This document shows, one piece after another, positions 10,801-21,075 of a stretch of DNA of 64,000 nucleotides. The stretch comes from Azolla caroliniana (taxonomy: Eukaryota > Plantae > Polypodiophyta). Location: NCBI GenBank assembly GCA_043228905.1, contig JBHGNT010000022.1, forward strand, positions 11,470,001 to 11,534,000, written 5' to 3'. The position numbers were made by a program, and so were the translations under genes. The stretch's first letter is position 1. The number at the start of each line of letters is the position of its first letter. The notes under the pieces are model-generated. The model saw nothing but the letters and a program-made list of their open reading frames with translations. It did not search any database and was not told the DNA's origin.

Positions 10801-13800
10801 AGCGCCACCTTATCAACCCTCAAATGAATGATATTGGACATTTCTCAACCCATCAACCCTCACCTAAATGATATTATGCGTTTCTTAACCAAATCTTTGC
10901 ATGTTCGTGGATGATTTTGCCCTAGACTGTAAGGCCTCCTTAATGAGAGCGGGATTTGAACCCACGCCCTTTCGGACTAGAACCTTAATCTAGAGCCTTA
11001 GACCAACTTATTCACCTCATTAACCGTCATTGGAGTGATATTAGAGGTGTCTCAACGAAATCTTTGCATGTTCATGGATGATTTTACCCTAGACCGTCAT
11101 GCCTCGATGATGAGAGTGGGATTTGAACCCACGCCCTCTGGACTAGAACCTCAAACTTCCACCACCTCATCAACTCTCATCGGAATGATATTGGAGGTTT
11201 CTCAAAAAAATCTTTGCATGCTCATGGATTATTTTACCCTAGACCGTGATGCCTCGATGATGAGAGTGGGATTTGAACCCACGCCCTTCTGGACAAGAAC
11301 CTTAATGTTGCGCCATCTCATCAACCCTCATGTGAGTGATATTAGGCATTTGTCAACAAAATCATTGCATGTTCATGGATGATTTTACACTAGACGATGT
11401 GCCTCGATGATGAGAGTGGGATTTGAACCCACAACCTTTCGGACTAGAACCTTAATGTAGTGCCACCTTATCAACCCTCAAATGAATGATATTGGAAATT
11501 TCTCAACCCATCAACCCTCACCTGAATGATGTTATGTGTTTCTCAACCAAATCTTTGCATGTTCGTGGATGATTTTACCCTAGACTGTGATGCCTCCATG
11601 ACAAGAGCGGGATTTGAACCCACGCCCTTTCGGACTAGAACCTTAATCTAGCGTCTTAGACCATCTCGGCCACCTCATCAACCCTCAAGTGAATGATAAT
11701 ATTCATTTCTCAACAAAATCATTGCATGATCTCGGATGATTTTACCGTACACTGTGATGCCTCCATGACGAAAGCGGGATTTGAACCCACGCCCTTTCGG
11801 ACTAGAACCTTAATCTAGCGCCTTGGACCAACTCAGCCACCTCATCAACCCTCAAGTGAATGATATTAGGCGTTTGTCAACAAAATCATTGCATGATCAC
11901 AGATGAATTTACCCTACATTGTGATGCCTACATGATGATAGTTGGTTTTGAACCCACGCCCTTTTGGACTAGAACCTTAATCTAGCGCCTTAGACAAAGT
12001 TGGCCACCCCATCAACCCTCATGTGTTATCATATTAGGCATTTCTCAACAAAATCTTTTAATGCGTCGATGATGAAAGTGCAATTTGAACCCACGCCCTT
12101 TCGGACTAGAACCTTAATCTAGCGGCATGGACCAACTCGACCACCTCATCAACCCTCAAATGAATGATATTAGATGCATATCTCAACAAAATCATTGCAT
12201 GTTCATGGATTATTTTACCCTAGAAGTGATGCCTCGATGATGAGATTGCGATTTGAACCCACGCCCTTTCGGACTAGAACCTTAATCTAGCGCCTTGGAC
12301 CAATTCGGTCACCTCATCAACCCTCATGTGAATAATATTAGGCATTTCTCATCAAATCTTTACATGACATGGATGATTTTACCCTAAACTGTGATGGCTC
12401 GATGATGAGAGTACGATTTGAACCCACGCCTTTTCGGACTAGAACCTTAATCTAGTGTCTTGGACCAACTCGGTCACCTTATCAACCCTCATGTGAATGA
12501 TATTAGGCATTTCTCAACAAATCTTTACATGTTCATGAATGATTTTACCATAGACTTTAATGCCTCGATGATGAGAGTGGGATTTGAATGCACGCCATTC
12601 CGGAAAAAAACCTTAAAATAACGCCTTAGACCAACTCGGACACCTCATCAACCCACTTATGAATTATATAAGACATTTCTCAACAAAATCTTTGTTCATG
12701 GTTGATTTTACCCTAATCTATGATGTCTCGATGATGAGAGTGGGATTTGAACCCACGCCCTTTTGGACTAAAACCTTAATCTAGCGCCTTAGACCAAGTC
12801 GGCCACCTCATCAACCCTCATGTGAATAATATTAGGCATTTCTTAATAAAATCTTTGTTCATAGTTGATTTTACCCTTGACGCCTTATTAGACATTTCTC
12901 AACAAAATCTTTAAATTTCATGGATGATTTTACATGTACACTTTCTTAGCTTATATATAGACCTGTCCTACACAGAGTCTTTAGATGTTCCTAAGTTTAT
13001 TATTTTACGTTAAATTGTGATGCCTCAATGATGAGAGTGGGATTGAACCCACGCCCTTTCGGACTAGAACCTTAATCTAGTTCCTTAGACCAACTCGACC
13101 ACCTCATATACTAATTCTTTGCTTATATGTATGCCAAGAAAGAAATGTGTAGTTCTAATCTACACGAATTCTTCAAATGTTCCTAAGTTCATGATTTTAT
13201 GCTATGATGAGAATGGGATTTGAACCCATGCCCTTTCGAAATAGAACATGAATCTAGTGCCTTAGACCAGCTCGACCACCTCATCAACATTCAACTAGAA
13301 AATACTAGGCTTCCATCTTGGCCTAATATGATTTCTCGAGCACACTCTTTCGATCTAGAACTTTAATCTAACATCTTAGACCAACTCGGCCACCTCATCA
13401 ACTGTCCTTAACTGGAGGATACTAGACTGATTCCATCTTGGCCCTCTATATGCTATAATTATTGTTCTTAGCTTATGTTGGCCCTTAATGAATAGTTTTA
13501 GACTTTAATGTTGTTACTATATATATGTACGTCATTGTTCTTAGCTTATGTTTTGGCGAGGATTGAATTGCATAGGCGTTTTTTTATTAATGTCTTTATA
13601 TATTTCTTGAGAATTTTACGCTTGATTGCCATGCCGCGATGATGAGAGTGGGATTTAAACCCACGCCCTTTCTGAATAAAACCTTAATCTAGGGTTGAGT
13701 TGGTCTAAAGCCCTAGATTAAGGTTTTATTCTAAAAGGGCAGTATTAAAACCTTAATCTAGCACCATAGACCTACTCCGCCACCACATGAACCCTCAAGT

Positions 13801-14045
13801 GGAGGTTATTAGACCTCCATCTTTGCCTTCTATGTACATAACAACCATTCTTCTTAGCTTATGATTAGGCTAAGATATAAATGCTTAGGCATTTTCTCAA
13901 TTAAGTGTTTACATGTCCCATGATGATTTTATGCTAAATTTTCATGCCTCGACGATGAGAGTGGAATTTGAACCGATGCCCTTTCAGACTAGAATCTTAA
14001 TCTAACGCACTAGACTTAACTTGGCCACCTTATCAAACCTCAACA

Positions 14046-14512
14046 GAGAATATTTGAAATGACAATGGTTGAGCCTTCTAATACGGAAACTTTTCCCTGA
14101 ACTTATCGTCAATCCATAAATAAGTGTGTTTGGCATATTGACCCCGAATGCATCCAAGAATTGTCTAAATATTGAACCTTTGTTAATCGCAGAACCCTAC
14201 CATCCCAAACTTCCAAAATCAATTTCAGATCGAGAGATAAAACAAGACTTCCTCCAATTTATATGAAACCTTGAAACCAACGCAAAATTATTTAACACTT
14301 GCATATTCTTTTCAAGATTTTCTTTTGAGGTTTGTAAGAACATAAATGAGTTAGTCATTTGCCAAGGTGTGTGCAATTAATTTTTCTTCAAAAGGAAGAT
14401 ACAAACCCACGAGACACAATATCACCACATGTTGTAAGAGACAGAAATAATAATAAGAAAGGAGGCAATGCAATACAAAATATCAATGGGCTAAGCAAGC
14501 ATCCTTCTTGCA
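14046..14512 (-). mobile_element. Degenerate L1-like LINE reverse transcriptase fragment
   Basis: Minus-strand translation across frameshifts gives EGCLLSPLIFCIA...AHTLAND/SFMFLQTSKENLEKNMQVLNNFALVSRFHINWRKSCFIS...KGSIFRQ...LWIDDKFREKFPY*KAQ. This is collinear with the LINE RT at 18810-19230. Confidence 0.75.
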
Positions 14513-14514
14513 CC

Positions 14515-17459
14515 GATCTAGATTTGCATTGCTGAGGATGATATTCCTAAAACCGCTTTTCGTACACGCTATGGCCATTATGAGTTTTTAGTCATGCCTT
14601 TCGGGTTGACTAATCTCCAGCCGCATTCCAACAAGCGATGAATGATGTTTTCTAAGATCAACTCGGTGATTTTGTTGTCGTCCTCTTGGATGATATTTTG
14701 ATATATAGTCATACCTTGCAAGATCATGTTCAACATGTTCGATTTGTTTTGCAAAAGTTGCGTGACAACTCTTTCTATGCAAAACATTCAAAATGTGATT
14801 TTTTCCAAAAATCTATTGTGTACCTAGCTCATTTAATTACGGAAAATGGTGTTGAAATTGAACCTTCTCGTATTGAAAAGGTTAAACTTTGGCCCATTCC
14901 TAGTAATATTCGTGAACTGTGATCATTCTTAGGGTTTGTTGGATTTTTACGAAAATCAATTCGTAACTATTCCAAATTGACGACGTCATTAACTGGCCTT
15001 TTAAAAGGTCATCCACGTAAGTCTTTCAAACCAATTGCATGGAATGAACAACTTGACAAATCTTTTGAGGCACTCAAAGAGCATGTGTGTCAGGCTCCCA
15101 CTCTTCTACTAACAGACCCTTCTAAGCCTTTCTCAATCGAAACCAATGCTAGTGATTATGCTATTGGTGCCGTTCTTTATCAAGGCAGTCACCCTATTTC
15201 TTTTGAAAGTAAGACGCTTGATGTTGCTCAATCTCGGTATTCGGTTCAAGAGAAAGAGTTGTTTGCGGTAATACATGCACTTAAAACATGAAGGCACTAT
15301 TTCTATGGAAATAAATTTGTGGTTACAACAGTCCATCAATCATTGAAGTATTTTTGTGACCAGCCAGATCTTTTTGGTCGTAAAGGCCGTCGAGCTGACC
15401 TTATGCAAGATTTTGATTTTCCCATACGGTATCGTAAGGGTTCTATGAACACTATTGCAGATGCTCTTAGTCGCATTAAAGAAGTTAACATGCTTAGCTT
15501 CACGGAAATAAAATCTGATCTTTTAGATCACCTTCGAGGGAAATACCTTGATGACAGTTATTTTTCGAAATACTGGACGAAAGCCAAATCTGGTTTCGAT
15601 GCCAATACTAGCTCCCTACCCTCGAAGGCGACCTTTCACATTACAAACAGTTTGCTCTACCGTAGTGGAAAGGTCTGTGTTCCAGGTTTACCAAACGTAA
15701 AAATGAATCTCATGATACACCATTTGCGGGTCATCCTGGAATACAACGCACACTCATTCTCATCTCGAGTACTTTTTTCTGGCCTAAGATGTACTTTGAC
15801 GTGCATAAATACGTAACTCAATGCTTACAATGTCAGATTAATAAGTCGGAACGACTTAAAGCTGCGGGTCTTTTACATCCATTAGATATTCCCAACAACA
15901 AATGGGAAAGTATCTCGATGGATTTTATTGTTAGTTTACCTCGTACACAAAGGGGTTATGATGCCATTTGGGTTGTCGTTGACAAACTAACAAATTTGGC
16001 TAGATTTATTCCTACCAAAACCACAGTAACCGCTCAACAATTGGCTTATCAATTTGTTGATGAGTTATTTCGCTTTTATGGATTACTGATGGATATTGTT
16101 AGTAATCAAGATTCCAAGTTTACTACTGACTTTTGGACTCAGGTCTTTAAGAAACTAGAAACTACGTTGAGCATGAGTTCCGCGGATCATCCTCAATCTG
16201 ATGGACAAACTGAACAAGTTAATCAAATTATTGAGGACATGCTTCGAGCTTATGTAGCAAAAACCCCTTCTAAGTGGGAGCAATACCGTCCTATCTTAGA
16301 ATTTGCCTATAATAGCTCTAAACATACATCCATTGGATATAGTCCTTTTATGTTGATGTATGGTTTTCAACCACGTGCCCCAGTTGATGTCACAATTCAT
16401 CGTGATACATTAGACAGTACACACAATTTTTTGCAAGACGTGAACCAAATGTTGCATATTGCCAAAGAGAATGTTAAGACGGCTCAAGATCGTGCTCAAT
16501 TTTATGTTGATTAGGATAGACGTCCTCATGCATTTACTATTGGTCAAAAAGTCTTTTTGCGTGTCCCAACCGACTCTACGTCATTGTCTACGAGCAAGTG
16601 CGCTAAGTTAGCCCCATGATATTGTGGCCCATTTGAAATCCTTAAGCGGGTTGGGTCATCTGCTTATCACTCTGCCTTACCCCGTAACGTTGGTATTCAT
16701 CCTGTTTTTCACATCAGTCGTCTAAAACCATTTTTAGGCTCTAGTGATAACACCATCACAATCCAAGATCTTGTAACATTAGAGGATTTTTCTTACAAAC
16801 CTCATGTTCCTGAATGAATTCTTGATTCTCGTACTAAATGTTTATGTTCTAAAGAGATTCGGCTATTCAAGATCAAATGGATGGATAAACCTATTGATGA
16901 TGCCACATGGGAACGTGAGCATACTCTTAAGGCACAATTTCCTCACTTTATATTGCAAGAGTGCAATCTTTTGAAGTAGGGGAGTATGTTATGTACACAT
17001 AATGTTTATGAGGGTAGGTCACTAATATTTACATTAGTGAAGGGTATGTTCACTAATGTTAAAAAGGGGACTAATGGTTGGATAGAAGGAATGATAGGTG
17101 CATGCACTATCATGATTTGGACAACCAATGAATGGAGAGCCTTTTAGAAAGGCACATCTATTCAAGGGGCCTAGGAAAAGGTATAAATATGAGGCTTAGC
17201 TACCCTCATAAGGGGATTACGTCGGAAGGTTGTTGTCTTAGACACTGGTGGTGTGGGCTAGGCTTTCGTCTTGACGATCGTGTTTATCTCTTCCAAGGTA
17301 TTAGTCATCCTAATATCCGGCGGTATGGGACATCGGTGGTAGGTTGGCTATGTCTAGATCATAGCTCGAGGGTGGTCGGGTGGAACGGGTTCTTCTATCC
17401 ATTCTATTTTCCTTCTTTTACTTTAGTTTGGTCTATTGATTAGTAATAGACTCCTAACA
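14515..17459 (+). mobile_element. 5'-truncated Ty3/gypsy chromovirus: RT-RNaseH-integrase-chromodomain pseudogene plus 3' LTR
   Basis: RT motifs [22 protein letters not shown] and LDDILIYS. RNase H motifs ETNASDYAIGAVL and YSVQEKELFAVIHALK. Integrase HHCC (HDT..GHPG, CLQCQ), core WESISMDFIVSLP..HPQSDGQTE and GPF motif (YCGPFEILKRVG). Chromodomain-like C-terminus (KIKWMDKPIDDATWE). Many stops and frameshifts. Confidence 0.93.
16987..17459 (+). repeat. 3' LTR of the gypsy element (473 bp), preceded by a polypurine tract
   Basis: PPT gaagtaggggagta lies immediately before TGTTA. The LTR ends in TAACA (terminal inverted repeat TGTTA/TAACA) and contains a TATA-like ggtataaata near 17180. Confidence 0.8.
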
Positions 17460-19578
17460 GGAAAGAATTTCCACTTGCTCCAATAAAGAAAATTGCCACG
17501 TTAGTACTCCCTTCAACTTTCGTAGATATGCTTTCACTCCATGTCTATCATCGAATACAAAAGCATTGCACATGTTCCAATTATGATGCAATACCCAATA
17601 TCTCAGAAATAGAAAACAATCTCCATCTCTGATTTTGGGTCAACCTGTGTAAATTGTGCAAACACCCACTGTCTAGGTGTCAAATAACACCATGATAAAA
17701 CTTGCCAAATTTGAGAAATGTAACACTAAGAAATCAGACATTGTACAAATCAATGAGTACTATCTTCCATTTGACCAGTGCAAAAAAAGCAATTACCCGT
17801 TGCTAGTCCACGACGCTTTACAACTAATCCCAAAGGCAATCCTCCAATCAAAACTCTCCAAATGAAGACCTTTGCTACAAGTAGAAATTTAGAATGTCAA
17901 CTACGTTGTAAGATTTGTCACCACCCATGATCAGATTTGTGTATTTTCCATTCTTCTTCAACCTTAGATGATAACCATCCAAGAGACTCAACAAAGCAAT
18001 TATACCAAAGATTGGTAGTAACTTGTAACAATGACGTTTGACCCTGTAAACACTAATCAATCCACAATTGTTCTCCTATCTGTAGAGGTAAGGGACCTTG
18101 CATCAATGGAATAATTTGTATTTGTTGCCAAATAAACCCATAATTAGGTGGGATGCGTAATAATTATCACGCTTCAATAAACTCTAACATTCTTTGAGAT
18201 GGAACCTCAACTATATCTCCCACCTCTTTGACCCCCAAACGAAATAAACGATTAAATTGAGAGCGCAATCTCTCCTTTCCTAACCAACATAATAACCGAG
18301 AAGACACAAGTAACTCTTTTTGCAAAGAATTACAATGCTCTCTTCTAGATGATGGTTTCAATACACATAACAAGAGTGCTTCTTGCCAAGAGGTAACCAA
18401 GTGTTGAACACATGAAGAGCCCAAAATCCTAAGTGAAATACATCCATTCAGTAATTGCCACCATGAAGCCTTAATTGTTGTCCTCCCTTGTGTTAAACCC
18501 TTGTTCTCAATGAAATATTGAACAATAGATATTCGTGACTTTGAACACATGTCTTGTAATAATGAAAATCTATGAGCCATCATATGCTTAGATAAGTTCA
18601 ATATTCCAACTTCCCCCAAGCGCTTAGGGATTGCTAGATGATTCCGCGCAACCCAAGTGATTCCCATCTTATCCCTCTTCTTCCACAATAAATATCAAAG
18701 AGGTAGTAAAACAAAATGCAAATCCTTGTTTGTCCATGGCAACAATGGTAAGTAATATAATATCATGGGTTCCATAATACATTGTACAACCTTCAAGCAT
18801 ACATGAAATGGCCAAGATTGTGACTTCCAATACATGAACTTATCCCTCAACTTACTAGACATCCATTCAATCAATTGACCATTTGTAACATTCATTCCTA
18901 ATGGATAGCCCAAGTGTCGAAAAATAGAGCTTTTCTTCACCACGAATCATTGTCATCCTAAACATTCCAAATCCCTTTTAGTACATGATATGAGACTAAA
19001 CTTCCTCCGATTAATATGTAATCTGGAAGCCAATGCAAATTGGTTCCATACAAGCATCCCCTTCTCAAGATTCTCTCGTGAGGCTTGTAAAAGCATGAGA
19101 ATCATCAGCCAAAGCTTGTGCTACTAGTTGCCCTCCAAACGAAAGGTGTAGACCCACAATGTCACCATTTGTTGCAAGCCTTGAGTAACAATTGCAAACA
19201 ACAATGGACGAAGAGGGCATCCTTGACGAATGGATCTTGTGAGGGCAATATCTGATGTAGCTCCCCCCTTAAGCATTATTCGAGACATTGCATCTTGTCC
19301 TAATAAAAATATGAGGCAAGCCATACGAGGTGCAAAGCCCATTGTATGCATTAACCCAGAAACAAAGGACCAATTAACATGATCAAAAGCTTTCTCCAAA
19401 TCCAATTGCACCATAATCAATTATTGATGAGTGTTTCAAGCATAATCCATGGCCATTTGAACATTCAACACATTATGCAATAAAACCATATTGGGCCGGA
19501 TGTATCAACTTTGGCAAATACTTTCGTAATCTATTTGCCAAGACCTTTGTAAATATCTTATACAACCCCCCATCAAAG
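17460..19578 (-). mobile_element. Degenerate L1-like LINE ORF2 (RT domain to C-terminal zinc-finger region)
   Basis: Motifs YKIFTKVLANRLRKYLP, QLDLEKAFDHVNWSF, RSIRQGCPLRPLLF, LADD, FRHLGYPLG, WVARNHLAIPKRLGEVGILNL and C-terminal WVLHHNWNMCNAFVFD. Multiple stops. Confidence 0.88.
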
Positions 19579-21075
19579 ACCTAACCCTAAAGCTAATGCT
19601 AACTCTAACACTAACCCCAACCCCAAACTAAAATCCTCTACAAAGAAACTACAACCTAATCCCTTTCAAAAATCTAACCCTATTGCTAACCCTATTGCTA
19701 ACCCTAACCCTAACCCTAATTTTCCAGCAAAAAGAAATCCTCGATCATTGAACCACCGGAACCTCCTCCCGCAATACATCTGCAACATAACAAATAATCA
19801 AGTAAGTAGAAATCCTCATCAAAACCATTATGGCCCACGAGTCTTACTTTATAACCCTAATCGCCCTTTCTTTAATCCTATCTACAACCCAACTAACCAT
19901 CTAGGGCACACGGTTCTCATGCGCGGCGGAAGCGACATACCCACCGAGTGCATCTGTCCAACATCCTCACATCGAACGAAATTCAAACCAATATATTTCA
20001 GCCTCACACGAGCCACACCCGCGGCCTATACATCACCACCATACCTCGCCGGAATTTGAATTGGAAGGATACAACAGAGAGCGAAGATCTTACTTCGATA
20101 GCGGCTACACGTGCGGCGATGGTGGACGATTGTCACACCATAACGGCGGCTACATGAGCCGTGGCGATAATTATCCTACGGGCCGATACGAGAGGTCCAT
20201 CCAATGCGAAGGCCGTACATCTTATGGAAGCGGCACACGTGCCAACATAAGACAAGAAGTGTATCCCCATGGCGGTTGTGCAGGAGATCATGCAAGCCAT
20301 GGCACGAACGACCTTCCGTCTTTCCCTCTCGGCCCTCTTCCTCCTCCTCTCCTCCCCACCCCACCCCTGCAGACAATTTCAAACATACCCTCTCACTTCC
20401 CATATGTGTTTAACCTTAATCACGCCCCTCCCCCCCCCCTCCTTACTTCCTACAAATTTGATGCATGCCCCTCCTTTATTTTCTATAAACCCCCCTCATA
20501 CCCCTCCCCCATTTTTTAACCATACCCCTATGCATTTCCCCCCTAATAACCCCCACAACGTTTCCCTATTTCCAAACTATACCCCTCCCCCTTTTCATGC
20601 ATTTCCTACACATACCCCCACCCCCCCCCCCCCCCCCCCCCTTCTTTACACATAACACCCCTTCTACTTCTAGTAGATTTCAATACTCCACCGCACCCTC
20701 TAAATTTCCCCCACACGTATATAAAATCCCTCATAGAAAACAACCTATTCGTACTCACAATAATCGCCCCCCTCCCACGAAACTACAAACTTTCCCATGT
20801 AATAATGTTAGGACAAAAAACGTGTAGCTAGGCGTGCCAAACGGGATAGTAAACAGTTTCGGCACGCCATACATCCCGCGAAGCGTCTCTTTTACCTTCT
20901 TGATAGACCTACTTCTACTTTAGATACTTTTATGTGGTTAGGACATCATACATCTAATTTTCCCTTCTCCCCATATATGAAAAAGACCCATAGTAGGAAC
21001 CCCCGTAATAAATTTTGGACGCCTCTCCTTAATAAACCTAGAATTAGTAGGATCCACAACCACTCTAATTATGGA
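19579..21075. other. Unassigned ~1.5 kb insert: degenerate (CCCTAA)n tract, GC-rich core, C-rich low-complexity tract
   Basis: aaccct-type repeats at 19579-19720, CpG-rich 19900-20320, oligo-C runs 20330-20700. No recognisable protein domain. Confidence 0.5.

Larger units (their letters stand above)
1..14034 (-). repeat. Tandem array (satellite) of tRNA-Leu(AAG) genes/pseudogenes, ~163-178 bp units, roughly 80 copies, extends beyond window start
   Basis: Recurrent + strand motif tgatgagagtgggatttgaacccacgccctttcggactagaaccttaatctagcgccttagaccaactcggccacctcatc. Its reverse complement folds as a cloverleaf: GATGAGG/TCTCATC acceptor, GCC-GAGTTGGTCTAA-GGC D arm, CTAGA-TTAAGGT-TCTAG anticodon arm, TCCGAAAGGG long variable arm, GTGGG-TTCAAAT-CCCAC T arm, discriminator A. 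Units are separated by related 80-100 bp spacers. Confidence 0.96.

Noticed and set aside
2907-11382. ORFs such as MMRVGFEPTPF.. within the array
   Set aside because: These are chance antisense translations of the tRNA repeat.
1-14034. CRISPR-like repeat-spacer array
   Set aside because: The spacers are homologous to each other rather than unique, the repeat is an 81-nt tRNA, the context is eukaryotic and no cas genes are present.
1-14034. Tandem SINE array
   Set aside because: Units contain a complete pairing cloverleaf with no SINE body, poly(A)/simple tail or TSDs.
14034-14060. tRNA-targeted LINE insertion (TRE/Tx1-like) upstream of the last tRNA
   Set aside because: The LINE is cut mid-ORF at the junction with no 3' tail or TSD, which looks like a deletion junction rather than an integration site.
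17132-17443. 103-aa ORF
   Set aside because: It lies within the LTR and has no recognisable domain.
19748-20827. Overlapping Pro-rich/extensin-like ORFs
   Set aside because: They arise from C-rich low-complexity DNA open in several frames, with no signal peptide or Ser-Pro4 periodicity.
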